The notes under the pieces were generated by a model, which was not told the origin of the DNA, did not search any database, and saw nothing but the letters and a program-made list of their open reading frames with translations. Shown here piece by piece: positions 9,108 to 18,706 of a DNA stretch of 64,000 nucleotides (position 1 is its first letter; the number at the start of each line of letters is the position of its first letter). The DNA lies in assembly GCA_963663165.1 (NCBI GenBank), contig OY760175.1:4992001-5056000 (forward strand), written 5' to 3'. The translations under genes and the position numbers were made by a program. Origin of the DNA: an uncultured Desulfospira sp. (GTDB lineage Bacteria > Desulfobacterota > Desulfobacteria > Desulfobacterales > Desulfobacteraceae).

Positions 9108-9698
9108 TCAGCCTAAATTCCGGTTGATAATGATGCCATGGGACCGGCCAAAATCCATGATCTGTTCGGGTTTAAAGCCGCCGGCCAGGTATACCTGACT
9201 GAAGGCGGGAACCGACAGCATGTAAAGAATATAGGAAAGGTGGCCCGAATAGCCGGTGCTGTCTATCTGCTGAAGTGCTTTGATGGCCTGCTGGCCGATG
9301 TCCATGATGTTTTTGTCCACGGCCGGAGGCGTTTCCATGCTGCAGATCCGGGCCGAGTAAATTCTGCGGCAGGAAAAGGGGCGGTATTCATAAATCATAC
9401 AGGCCTTGTTCTTCATTAGGAACGGGCAGGGAACGATTTTATTCTCTTCTCTTAATTTGATCTCTTTTCTAAAGGCTTTGGTCAGGGTTTTCTGCCGGGA
9501 TTTGGGCATTTTTTCCATGGCCTGCCGGATGTTCATCCCTTCTAAAGTGGTGATATCAATGCGGCCGGCAGATTCGCAGCAAAAGCTGCATCCGGGTTTG
9601 CAGACCTGAAGTTTTTTTAATTCTTTGGCAGACGCCTCAAATCCGGCATATATCTGTTCCAGGCCACCTATTTTTTCATCTATCGGATTTTTTAACAT
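9108..9698 (-). CDS. YkgJ family cysteine-cluster protein
   Basis: CKPGCSFCC ... CPFL..KACMIYEYRPFSCR. Confidence 0.85.
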   Translation of the reverse strand: MLKNPIDEKIGGLEQIYAGFEASAKELKKLQVCKPGCSFCCESAGRIDITTLEGMNIRQAMEKMPKSRQKTLTKAFRKEIKLREENKIVPCPFLMKNKACMIYEYRPFSCRRIYSARICSMETPPAVDKNIMDIGQQAIKALQQIDSTGYSGHLSYILYMLSVPAFSQVYLAGGFKPEQIMDFGRSHGIIINRNLG

Positions 9699-9784
9699 TC
9701 AATCTCTCTTTTTTCCGGCTACCAACAATTCCCGGGCTGTCCCTTGAAAATCTACACCAAAATCCTTATATTACGTTGTTTGCA

Positions 9785-9988
9785 TATAACGGTCACGGAC
9801 CGTCTTTGGTTATCCAACCAAGCATTGGTCCACAACAAAAAATGAAAGTTTTTTTAGAACTTTTGGTAAAACTTTCATATAACGGCCACGGGCCGCCTTG
9901 GTTATCCAACCAAGAACTGCCCACAACAAATATTGAAAGCACTCAACAGGTTGCTGAGTCTTTCATATAAAACGGCCCCGGGCCGCCC
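9785..9988 (+). repeat. Structured ~90-bp tandem repeat (family A), locus 1: two full units + partial third
   Basis: Units start TATAA(C) at 9785, 9878, 9966; core CTTGGTTATCCAACCAAG...CACAACAAA...TGAAAG-var-CTTTCA. Confidence 0.9.
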
Positions 9989-10029
9989 AAAACGATAAAG
10001 CTAATGGCCAAACGCCAAAGGACAATAAC

Positions 10030-10272
10030 ATGCCGATTTATGAATATAAATGCAAAAATTGCGGCAAGGATTTTGAAACCCTTGTCATGGGAAGCTTAAA
10101 ACCCGAATGCCCTGAATGCAGCAGCCAGGATCTCATGCGCCTGATGTCAAAATGCGGGTTTGTTTCCAAATCCACCGGCCCCGGGGGGCAAACCACCCAG
10201 AAAACAAGCGCGTCATCCTCGTCCTGTGCCGGATGTTCATCTACAAACTGCTCATCCTGCGGCATGGGGTAA
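10030..10272 (+). CDS. FmdB family zinc-ribbon protein
   Basis: MPIYEYKCKNCG..FE...CPECSS..L.RLMS; Cys-rich tail. Confidence 0.88.
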   Translation: MPIYEYKCKNCGKDFETLVMGSLKPECPECSSQDLMRLMSKCGFVSKSTGPGGQTTQKTSASSSSCAGCSSTNCSSCGMG

Positions 10273-10276
10273 CGGC

Positions 10277-11212
10277 ATGAAACAACATCTTCGCATCGGA
10301 ACCCGGGGCAGCCAGCTGGCCCTGTGGCAGGCCGGGTATGTAAAAGAGCGGATCGAAACATCTTTCCCTGAAACTAAGGTTGAGATCGTCATCATCAAGA
10401 CCACGGGAGACCGGATCACGGACCGGCCCCTGGCCATGGTGGGCGGAAAAGGCCTGTTTGTTAAGGAAATTGAGGCCCAGCTGTTAGACAAGAGCATTGA
10501 CCTGGCCGTTCACAGCATGAAGGACATGCCCGGGGACCTGCCCGAGGGACTTATCATCGGGGCGGTTCCGGAACGGGAAAATCCTTTTGATGTATTGATC
10601 TGCCGGGACAATAAAGACCTTTCAGATTATGCGCCCGGGGCCATTATCGGCACATCGAGCTTAAGACGGGCCTCCCAGCTCAAACATGTCCGGCCCGATC
10701 TTTCCATCAAATCCATCCGGGGCAACCTGGATACCCGGATCAAAAAACTAGCGTCCGGCGAATATGATGCCATTGTCCTGGCGGCGGCCGGATTAAAGCG
10801 CCTGGGCCAGGCGTCAGAAATTACCCAGTACCTTACGGAAAGCATCATGGTGCCGGCGGTGGGCCAGGGGGCCCTGTGCATTGAAACCCGTGAGGATGAT
10901 CCGGATACGGCGGCCATTGTCAGAAAGCTGGATCATGCCCCCACCCGGATCTGTGTCACGGGGGAACGCTCCTTTCTCAAACAGATTGAGGGGTCCTGCC
11001 ATATTCCGGTGGCCTGTTTTGGAAAAATGACAGACGATTCACAGGTTCAGCTGACCGCCGTGGTGGCTTCAGAAGACGGCAGCTGCCTGGTCAGAGAAGA
11101 GATTTTCTGTTCTGAACAGGAAGTTGGCGCATACGGGAAAAAACTGGCCGAACAGGTACTGGCCAAAGGCGGCAGACAGATACTGGAGACATTGAATTCA
11201 AATGACGGATAA
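10277..11212 (+). CDS. hemC: Hydroxymethylbilane synthase
   Basis: IGTRGSQLALWQA, GGKGLFVKEIE, AVHSMKD, IRGNLDTR; start at MKQHLR. Confidence 0.96.
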   Translation: MKQHLRIGTRGSQLALWQAGYVKERIETSFPETKVEIVIIKTTGDRITDRPLAMVGGKGLFVKEIEAQLLDKSIDLAVHSMKDMPGDLPEGLIIGAVPERENPFDVLICRDNKDLSDYAPGAIIGTSSLRRASQLKHVRPDLSIKSIRGNLDTRIKKLASGEYDAIVLAAAGLKRLGQASEITQYLTESIMVPAVGQGALCIETREDDPDTAAIVRKLDHAPTRICVTGERSFLKQIEGSCHIPVACFGKMTDDSQVQLTAVVASEDGSCLVREEIFCSEQEVGAYGKKLAEQVLAKGGRQILETLNSNDG

Positions 11213-12740
11213 AACAGGCAAGGTTTATCTTATCGGGGCCGGCCCGGGAGACCCCGGGCTTTTGACCATCAAGGCAAAAGAGTGCATTGAACAGGCGGAT
11301 GTGGTGGTCTACGATTACCTGGCTTCCCCTTTTTTACTGGAATATGCGGCCAAAGACGCTGAAGTTATTTATGTGGGAAAAAAGGGGGGAGACCATACCT
11401 TAACCCAGGATAAAATTAACCAGCTGCTGGTGGACAAAGCCGCAAAAGGGCTCACCGTGGCCAGGCTCAAAGGCGGTGACCCCTTTGTGTTCGGCAGAGG
11501 GGGCGAAGAGGCCCAGGAGCTGTTGTCCTGCGGTGTTGCCTACGAGGTGGTGCCGGGGGTAACCTCCGCCATTGCCGCGCCGGCCTATGCTGGTATTCCC
11601 GTAACCCACAGGGATCATACCTCTTTTGTCTCTTTTATCACAGGCCACGAAGATCCCACCAAAAAGACCTCGTCCATGCAGTGGGATGTGTTTGCCAGAT
11701 CCAATGCCACCCTGGTGTTTTTAATGGGGGTGAAGAATCTGGCCAATATTGTTGGCAAACTCATGGAACACGGCAAAGAACCGGATACCCCCGTGGCCCT
11801 GGTCCGATGGGGAACCACTTCCCGGCAGCAGACCGTGACCGGCACCCTTGAAACCATTGTTGATGAAGTCAAAAAAGCCAGGCTCAAATCTCCGGCCATT
11901 ATTGTGGTGGGCCATGTGGTGTCCTTGCGCAAAGAGCTTGCCTGGTTTGACAAAAGGCCCTTGTTTGGCCAAAAAATTGTCATCACCCGGGCCAGGGCCC
12001 AGGCCTCGGGTCTGGTATCCCGGCTGACCCAATTAGGGGCCCAGTGCATTGAAATTCCCACCATTAAAATTGTCCCGCCCCCGGACCTGTCCCCCCTTAA
12101 AAAAGCCATTGAAAACATTAAGGCGTATGACTGGCTGGTCCTGACCAGCGTCAACGGGGTGAAATCTTTCTTTGATACCCTGTTTGCCGTGGGAAAGGAT
12201 GTCAGGGCTTTAGGCCATCTCAAATTTGCCTGCATCGGTCCGGTGACCAAGGAACGGCTTGCCGATTTCGGCATCATCAGCGATATCCTGCCCGAGACTT
12301 ACCGGGCTGAGTCTGTGATTGAGGCATTTTCCAAAACCCGGATCCAGGGACAGAAAGTCCTGCTGCCAAGGGCCATGAAGGCCCGGACCATCCTGCCCGA
12401 AAAACTCACCGGCATGGGGGCTTTGGTGGATGAAGTGGCTGCCTATGAAACCGTACTGGATGACAGTGAAAAACAAACCCTTCTGGACCTGCTTGAAAAT
12501 CACAACATTGATGCCGTTACCTTTACCAGTTCTTCCACGGTATCCAACTTCATGACCCTGCTTGAAACGGAAAACGGACCTAATCTTATGAAAGACGTGA
12601 CCATTGCCAGCATCGGCCCCATTACATCGGATACCATCAGATCCTTTGGCCTTGAACCTGCCATTGAAGCAGACCCCTATACCATTGACGGCCTGGTAGA
12701 CAGCCTTCTATCCCATAATGCCATGGGAGAAGCGTCATGA
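11202..12740 (+). CDS. cobA: Uroporphyrinogen-III C-methyltransferase / uroporphyrinogen-III synthase fusion (CobA-HemD)
   Basis: GAGPGDPGLLT, RLKGGDPFVFGRGGEE; C-terminal ITRA..QA, FTSSSTV, IGPIT HemD motifs. Confidence 0.93.
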   Translation: MTDKTGKVYLIGAGPGDPGLLTIKAKECIEQADVVVYDYLASPFLLEYAAKDAEVIYVGKKGGDHTLTQDKINQLLVDKAAKGLTVARLKGGDPFVFGRGGEEAQELLSCGVAYEVVPGVTSAIAAPAYAGIPVTHRDHTSFVSFITGHEDPTKKTSSMQWDVFARSNATLVFLMGVKNLANIVGKLMEHGKEPDTPVALVRWGTTSRQQTVTGTLETIVDEVKKARLKSPAIIVVGHVVSLRKELAWFDKRPLFGQKIVITRARAQASGLVSRLTQLGAQCIEIPTIKIVPPPDLSPLKKAIENIKAYDWLVLTSVNGVKSFFDTLFAVGKDVRALGHLKFACIGPVTKERLADFGIISDILPETYRAESVIEAFSKTRIQGQKVLLPRAMKARTILPEKLTGMGALVDEVAAYETVLDDSEKQTLLDLLENHNIDAVTFTSSSTVSNFMTLLETENGPNLMKDVTIASIGPITSDTIRSFGLEPAIEADPYTIDGLVDSLLSHNAMGEAS

Positions 12741-13720
12741 TTTCCGGCGGCCGAAAGATCAATTACCTGCGGATATCGGTGACTGACCGGTGCAATTTCA
12801 GGTGCATGTACTGCGTTCCCAGCCAGAATTTCAACGTGATTACCCATGACCGGATTGCCCGGTATGAAGAAATTTTAAGAATCACCCGCCTGGCCTGTAA
12901 ACTTGGAATCACCAAGGTGAGGATCACCGGCGGGGAGCCCTTTGTCAGAAAAGGGATCATGTCTTTTCTCGAGGAAATCTGCGCCATTGAGCAGATTCAG
13001 GATGTGGCCGTCACCACCAACGGATCCCAGCTCAATGAAAACCGGCTGCGGGATTTGATGGATATGGGGATTAAACGGATAAATTTCAGCCTGGATACCC
13101 TGGAACCGGAAAAGTTCAAGCGGATCACCGGCCGGGACCGGTTTGATAAGGTATGGGAGGCCATCCAGACAGCCCATGAGATCGGAATGTCTCCTGTCAA
13201 AATCAATGTGGTGGCCCTGAGAGGGATTAATGACAATGAAATTCAGGACCTTGCCGGGCTGACCTTAAAATACCCTTTTCATGTCCGGTTTATTGAGTAC
13301 ATGCCCATTGGCGATTCAGAAGTTGAAAAACAGCAGCAGATTTTAACCCACGAGATTAAAGAACGGGTTGAGGCCGCCCACGGCAGCCTTACCCCTGTTT
13401 CAAAGCTGGCCAATGACGGGCCGGCCAAAAAATACCGGTTGCCGGATGCCCCCGGTGTGGTGGGCTTTATCACCCCCATCAGCTCCCATTTTTGCAGCGA
13501 ATGCAACCGGCTTCGGTTGACCTCACGGGGAACCTTAAGGCCCTGCCTGCTCAGGGATTATGAAGAGGATATTTTAGGGCCTGTCCGGGCCGGTGCCACC
13601 GATGAACAGCTTGAAGAAATCATCCGGACTGCAGTCAGAAAAAAGCCCATGAGCCATCACCTTGAAGATTCCAGTCCCGAGGAGATGCCCCACAGCATTA
13701 TGGCGTCCATTGGCGGATAG
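12737..13720 (+). CDS. moaA: GTP 3',8-cyclase
   Basis: YLRISVTDRCNFRCMYC, FCSECNRLRLT..G.L.PC, C-terminal IGG. Confidence 0.95.
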   Translation: MISGGRKINYLRISVTDRCNFRCMYCVPSQNFNVITHDRIARYEEILRITRLACKLGITKVRITGGEPFVRKGIMSFLEEICAIEQIQDVAVTTNGSQLNENRLRDLMDMGIKRINFSLDTLEPEKFKRITGRDRFDKVWEAIQTAHEIGMSPVKINVVALRGINDNEIQDLAGLTLKYPFHVRFIEYMPIGDSEVEKQQQILTHEIKERVEAAHGSLTPVSKLANDGPAKKYRLPDAPGVVGFITPISSHFCSECNRLRLTSRGTLRPCLLRDYEEDILGPVRAGATDEQLEEIIRTAVRKKPMSHHLEDSSPEEMPHSIMASIGG

Positions 13721-13891
13721 CTGTTTCATATGTAACTGTCCAGCAGTGCCCTTATTTTTTACAGGCGATTGCTCTGTATATATTTTCAGCCCTTCCGCCT
13801 TATGGTATAACGGCCATAATTGGTCCGGGAGCTGGCTTGAAGGTTAAGTCCCCGGCAATAAGCGCAGTAAACAAACCATTTAGGAGAAAGC

Positions 13892-14467
13892 ATGAAACAG
13901 TTTATCATCTCTTTGATTTTGGCCACGGCGGTTCTTTGTTTGGTCGGGCCTGCCCCGGCCGGTGCCGACAGCTATTCTTACACCCTTTCTGTGTTTAAAG
14001 ACTCCCCGGCGGTTCAGCCGTTTTTTAAAAGTGCCTACGGGTATGCGCTTTTTCCTACCATTGGAAAAGGCGGGTTGGTTGTGGGGGCGGCCTATGGTGA
14101 AGGACGGGTCTATAAAGGGGGAACCGCTGTGGGAAAGGTTGTTTTGTCCAAGGTCACTGTGGGGCTTCAATTGGGTGGACAGGCCTTTTCAGAAATTATT
14201 TTTTTCCAGGATAAACGGGCCTATGACGAGTTTACCACGGGCAGCTTTGAGTTTGATGCGTCTGCGTCAGCTGTGGCCATCACGGCGGCAGCCCAGGCCA
14301 AAGCCGGAACAGACGGCACAACGGCCGGTGCTTCTGCAGGCCCTGCCACAGGGGTCCAGGCCGAGACCAATTATCTAAAGGGCATGGCCGTGTTTATCCA
14401 TACCAAAGCCGGCCTCATGGCTGAGATGGCCGTGGGCGGCCAGAAATTTGAGTTTACACCATTCTAA
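13892..14467 (+). CDS. Ysc84/SYLF-domain (lipid-binding) exported protein
   Basis: Signal peptide; FP.IGKGGLVVGAAYGEG, GLQLGGQ, GLMAE.AVGGQKF. Confidence 0.8.
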   Translation: MKQFIISLILATAVLCLVGPAPAGADSYSYTLSVFKDSPAVQPFFKSAYGYALFPTIGKGGLVVGAAYGEGRVYKGGTAVGKVVLSKVTVGLQLGGQAFSEIIFFQDKRAYDEFTTGSFEFDASASAVAITAAAQAKAGTDGTTAGASAGPATGVQAETNYLKGMAVFIHTKAGLMAEMAVGGQKFEFTPF

Positions 14468-14475
14468 AGGCTTTT

Positions 14476-14536
14476 AGGCTGAAGGTGGTTAGGCTGAAGG
14501 GATCACAATAGTCTTATTTACCTTCAGCCTTCAGTC
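14476..14536. repeat. Inverted heptamer array (AGGCTGA)/(TCAGCCT), probable bidirectional terminator
   Basis: aggctgaaggtggttaggctgaagg...ccttcagccttcagtct between convergent genes. Confidence 0.6.
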
Positions 14537-15252
14537 TATTCACCTAAATAGGCTTCCCTGATTTTGGGATTCGACATCAGGGCTTTGGCATCATCTTCCA
14601 GGGTGATCTCCCCGGTTTCCATGACATACCCCCGGCTAGAGGATTGAAGTGCTAAGTTGGCATTCTGCTCCACCAGCAAAATGGTGGTGCCGTCCTCTTT
14701 GTTGATGTTTTCAATAATGTCAAAAATCTGTTGAATGATAATAGGGGCCAGGCCTAAGGAGGGCTCATCCAAAAGCAGCACCTTGGGCTTGGTCACCAAT
14801 GCCCTGGCAATGGCCAGCATCTGCTGTTCCCCGCCGGACAGGGTCCCGCCTTCCTGTTTGCGCCGTTCCCCTAAGATGGGAAACAGGTCATAGGCATGTT
14901 TGATGTCTTTGGCAATCCCGTCTTTGTCATTTCTATGGAACCCGCCCAGGATCAGGTTCTCTTCAACCGAGAGGCGCGGAAAAATCCGGCGCCCTTCAGG
15001 GACCTGGCAAAGCCCCATGGTGGGCAGCTTTTCAGGGGCCACTTTGTTGATGGCCTTGCCTTGGTAAAATACTTCGCCCTTTGTGGCACTGATAATGCCG
15101 CAGATGGTCATGAGGGTGGTGGATTTACCGGCACCGTTGGCCCCGATAATGGAGACGATCTCTCCGGGCATGACCTTTAAGGAAATGCCTTTTAAGGCCT
15201 TAATGGATCCGTAACCGGAGTGGACATCCGTTAATTCGAGAATGGGCTGCAT
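14536..15252 (-). CDS. livF: Branched-chain amino acid ABC transporter ATP-binding protein
   Basis: GANGAGKST, VPEGRRIF, LSGGEQQMLAI, LLLDEPSLGLAP. Confidence 0.93.
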   Translation of the reverse strand: MQPILELTDVHSGYGSIKALKGISLKVMPGEIVSIIGANGAGKSTTLMTICGIISATKGEVFYQGKAINKVAPEKLPTMGLCQVPEGRRIFPRLSVEENLILGGFHRNDKDGIAKDIKHAYDLFPILGERRKQEGGTLSGGEQQMLAIARALVTKPKVLLLDEPSLGLAPIIIQQIFDIIENINKEDGTTILLVEQNANLALQSSSRGYVMETGEITLEDDAKALMSNPKIREAYLGE

Positions 15253-15258
15253 TTTAGG

Positions 15259-16485
15259 TTATCCCTCCTTTTCCTCGGACCTTGTTCCCATGCGTTTGGC
15301 CGGAATCAGGCCGGCCGGTCTGAACAGCATCATAATGATCATGGTGGCGCCAAACACCAGCATCCGGTAAGCTTCAAACTGGCGGAAGGCTTCGGGCAGG
15401 GCAATAAGGGCGGCCACCCCCAGGATAATCCCCGGTATGGAGCCCATGCCCCCTAAAACAACCATGCAAAGCACCATGGCCGATTCCAGAAAGGTAAAAC
15501 TTTCCGGGCTGACAAACTTCATCCGGGCGGCAAAAAAGGCCCCGGCAAAACCGGCAAACACGGCCCCCATGCCATAGGCCATCAGCTTATAAATAAAGGT
15601 GTTCACGCCCATCAGCTCGGCAGCGGTCTCATCCTCCCGGATGGACTCCCAGGCCCGTCCCACCCGAGACATGTTGAGCCGGTGGACCCCAATGGCGGTC
15701 AGGACGGCCAACCCTAAGGCAAAATAGTAAAACATCTGAAGTTTTTTGACCCACATGGTCTCAAAGGAGATCCCGTTTTCAAACACAATTTTGAACCAGC
15801 CGATCCGGTCAAGGCCCAAGATGCCGTTGGGGCCGTTGGTCAGTTCCATCCAGTTGTTGAGGATCAGCCGGATGATTTCCCCAAACCCCAGGGTCACAAT
15901 GGCCAGATAGTCCCCGCGCATTCTTAAGGTGGGATACCCCACAATACAGCCGGCAATGCAGGCAAACAGGGCGGAAAAGGGCAGGCAGACCCAGAAGGCC
16001 AGGCCGTAGACCGTGTTGAGCAGGGCATAGGTATAGGCCCCGACCCCGTAAAAGGCAATGTATCCCAGGTCCAGCATCCCGGCCAGCCCCACCACCACAT
16101 TAAGGCCAAGTCCCAGACAGATATATAGAAGGACATTAATGGCCACATCCGTACCGTATCTTCCGGCAAACTGGGGGTAAATACAGGCGATCACCAGGAT
16201 TAACACCATCCAGACCCAGAAGGGCATGCCCGATGCTTTTGCTTTGGTCTGGCCGACAGCCCTGGACAATGGATTGGCAATAAAGTCCAGGTTTCCGCTG
16301 GTTTTCATTACATAGATCAGAAGACAGACAAAGGAGCCGGCCAGCATATAACTCCAGACCGTCAGTGTTTTCTGGAAGGTCAGGGTGCCGTCAGGATGGA
16401 TGCCCATCATGGGCCAGATCAGGCCCAGCAGCCAGAGCATGCCGATAACATATGGTTTCCAGATTTTTTTAAACTCTTGTATCAT
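15259..16485 (-). CDS. livM: Branched-chain amino acid ABC transporter permease
   Basis: GLNVVVGLAGMLDLGY, LRMRGDYLAIVTLGFGEI, VVLGGMGS. Confidence 0.92.
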   Translation of the reverse strand: MIQEFKKIWKPYVIGMLWLLGLIWPMMGIHPDGTLTFQKTLTVWSYMLAGSFVCLLIYVMKTSGNLDFIANPLSRAVGQTKAKASGMPFWVWMVLILVIACIYPQFAGRYGTDVAINVLLYICLGLGLNVVVGLAGMLDLGYIAFYGVGAYTYALLNTVYGLAFWVCLPFSALFACIAGCIVGYPTLRMRGDYLAIVTLGFGEIIRLILNNWMELTNGPNGILGLDRIGWFKIVFENGISFETMWVKKLQMFYYFALGLAVLTAIGVHRLNMSRVGRAWESIREDETAAELMGVNTFIYKLMAYGMGAVFAGFAGAFFAARMKFVSPESFTFLESAMVLCMVVLGGMGSIPGIILGVAALIALPEAFRQFEAYRMLVFGATMIIMMLFRPAGLIPAKRMGTRSEEKEG

Positions 16486-17380
16486 CTATATTCTCGCCCA
16501 TAATTCCGGTTGGTTTAAAATAAAGCACGCCGATGAGGATGATAAATGCAAACACATCCTTGTATTCGCCGGAGAGATAACCGGCACCGAAGATTTCCAC
16601 CATGCCGATGATCAGACCGCCGAGCATGGCACCGGTAATGTTTCCGATTCCGCCCAGAACGGCAGCGGCAAAGGCCTTGATGCCTGGAACAAACCCCATG
16701 TCGTATTTGACCGAGCCGTAATAAAGGCCGTACATGATGCCGGCAGCAGCGGCAAGGCCCGCGCCAATGGCAAAGGTTAAGGAAATAATCCGGTTGGAGG
16801 CAATGGCGACCAGAGCCGACATGGTCTTGTCCTGGGCCGTGGCCCGCATGGCCATGCCGATTTTGGTTTTAAATACCAGAATGTTAAGCCCCACCAGAAG
16901 GCAGGCCGTTAGAGAAACGATCATGATCTGAAGGTATGAAATGGAAATCATGCCAAAATCAAACCGCCCCTGGAACAGTTCACTGGGATAGACCGCATCA
17001 TAGACCCCCCGGGTCAGCATCATGCCGTTGGACAGAAAAATGGACATGCCCAGAGCCGACAAAAGTGCTGCCAGCCGGGATTCTTTTCTTAACGGCTTGT
17101 AGGCTATTTTTTCCACCCCGATGGCCAGGTAGGCGCAGTAAGCCATGGAAAGGACAAAGGCACCGGTCAGGCAGAGTACCGGGTGGGTTTCCATGGCCCC
17201 GATGCCGGCAAAGTAGGCTAAGACAACGGCGCCGATATAGCCGCCTGCGGCAAAAAATTCACCATGGGCAAAATTGATGAGCTGAATGACGCCGTAAACC
17301 ATGGTGTACCCTAAGGCAATCAGTGCGTACATACCACCGAGGGTTAACCCGTTAATCAACTGCTGAATGAAGTATTCCAT
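16469..17380 (-). CDS. livH: Branched-chain amino acid ABC transporter permease
   Basis: YALIALGYTMVYG...LINFAHGE, KAFAAAVLGGIGN. Confidence 0.92.
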   Translation of the reverse strand: MEYFIQQLINGLTLGGMYALIALGYTMVYGVIQLINFAHGEFFAAGGYIGAVVLAYFAGIGAMETHPVLCLTGAFVLSMAYCAYLAIGVEKIAYKPLRKESRLAALLSALGMSIFLSNGMMLTRGVYDAVYPSELFQGRFDFGMISISYLQIMIVSLTACLLVGLNILVFKTKIGMAMRATAQDKTMSALVAIASNRIISLTFAIGAGLAAAAGIMYGLYYGSVKYDMGFVPGIKAFAAAVLGGIGNITGAMLGGLIIGMVEIFGAGYLSGEYKDVFAFIILIGVLYFKPTGIMGENIDDTRV

Positions 17381-17407
17381 TATTTTCTTTTTATTATATT
17401 GTAGGCG

Positions 17408-17471
17408 ATTAGCTGTTAGCGCTTAGCGGCTGCGGCCCTTTAAAGGGTGGCTGCTGAGGGCTAACAGCTAA
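17408..17471. repeat. Inverted heptamer array (TTAGC..)/(..GCTAA)
   Basis: attagctgttagcgcttagcgg...gctaacagctaa. Confidence 0.6.
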
Positions 17472-17502
17472 TGGCGTTTCATGTTAAAAGGCGTGTAACG
17501 AA

Positions 17503-17539
17503 AATGCGGTTGATGCAATGGTTTGGCATCAACCGCATT
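17503..17539 (-). terminator. Perfect 14-bp stem downstream of livK (mRNA stabiliser or partial terminator)
   Basis: aatgcggttgatgc-N9-gcatcaaccgcatt. Confidence 0.6.
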
Positions 17540-17551
17540 GGATTTGACCGT

Positions 17552-18688
17552 TTATTTGATCAGGCCGTTGACCGGTTCCCAATAAGGGACAAATTTATCG
17601 CCCACTACTTTAAACGCAATGTAGGAAGAACCGGAATCTCCGTTTTCTTTAAACTTGACGTGCTTGGAAACGCCCTGGAAATCCAGCTTCATAAGTTCGG
17701 CCTTAACTTTGGCCGCGTCCGTTGTTCCGGCTGCTTTGATGGCCTTGAGCAGTGCAGTTGCCGCATCATAGGCATAGGTGGCATAGGCGGCAATTTTACC
17801 GTATTTGGGCACATACCGTTTTTCAAAGGCTTTGTATTCAGGGGTGGAGGGATCGGTATACCCGTAGGTCAGGAAAACGCCTTCAGATGCTTCTTTGGCC
17901 ACTTCCATGTACCGGGGCTGGAACACGGCATCCTGGGTCACGATCTGAGAGGTCATGCCCAGACGTTTGGCCTGGAGGGTCATCATGGCCGCAGGGGAAA
18001 ACCCTTGAAGAGACATGTAGAAGATGTCGGCATTTTTCTGTTTGGCCATGGTCAGGACAGCGGAAAAGTCTTTGTCGCCCTGGTTGACATGTTCATGGGC
18101 CACAATTTCCATGCCCATTTCTTTGGCGGCCTTTTCAACGCCGTCGGCCAGGCCCTGGGAATAGGTGGTTTTATCGTCAACAATAAAAACGGTTTTGGCC
18201 TTAAGCTGTTCTTTGAGGAATTTGGCTGCGGCGGGGGCCTGGTCGTCATCACGGCCGCACATGCGGAACATGTAGGGAAGGCCGCGGTCGGTTACCTTTT
18301 CATTGGTGGAGGCCGGGGTGATCATGATGATGTCTTCTTCATCCAGGGTTTCCGAGGCCGGGATGGTGGATGAGGAGCAGTACGCGCCGATAACACCGGA
18401 AACTTCTTCGTTGATCAGCTTGTTGGCTGCCGCAACCGCCTGCCTAGGGTCGCATGCCGTATCCTGGGGGACCAGCTGAATTTTATCGTATCCGGGGATG
18501 CCGCCCTGTTCTTCAAATACTTCAATGGCCGTCATAACCCCGTTTTTAATATCGGTCCCGTCAGATGCATAGGGACCTGTCAGGGGGCTCATGGAGCCGA
18601 TTTTCAAGGTTTTGGCATAAACCGACCCAAACAGAAAGGGAACCAGTATCAGTCCCATCACCATAGCTGAAACAACTCTTTTTTTCAT
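17552..18688 (-). CDS. livK: Branched-chain amino acid ABC transporter substrate-binding protein
   Basis: Signal peptide, PLTGPYA, DTACDPRQAV, GAYCSS, RDDDQ, DFSA. Confidence 0.9.
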   Translation of the reverse strand: MKKRVVSAMVMGLILVPFLFGSVYAKTLKIGSMSPLTGPYASDGTDIKNGVMTAIEVFEEQGGIPGYDKIQLVPQDTACDPRQAVAAANKLINEEVSGVIGAYCSSSTIPASETLDEEDIIMITPASTNEKVTDRGLPYMFRMCGRDDDQAPAAAKFLKEQLKAKTVFIVDDKTTYSQGLADGVEKAAKEMGMEIVAHEHVNQGDKDFSAVLTMAKQKNADIFYMSLQGFSPAAMMTLQAKRLGMTSQIVTQDAVFQPRYMEVAKEASEGVFLTYGYTDPSTPEYKAFEKRYVPKYGKIAAYATYAYDAATALLKAIKAAGTTDAAKVKAELMKLDFQGVSKHVKFKENGDSGSSYIAFKVVGDKFVPYWEPVNGLIK

Positions 18689-18706
18689 CTTTTCCTCCTA
18701 AGTTAA

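Noticed and set aside
9776..9970. 64-aa ORF, and similar ORFs at 27743-27955, 27874-28119 and 28838-29086
   Set aside because: They are translations of repeat family A, with no RBS or recognisable domain
9785..9988. Repeat family A as a CRISPR array
   Set aside because: Only 1-2 units per locus, repeats ~55 bp and variable, 'spacers' are related self-complementary hairpins reused between loci, and no cas genes
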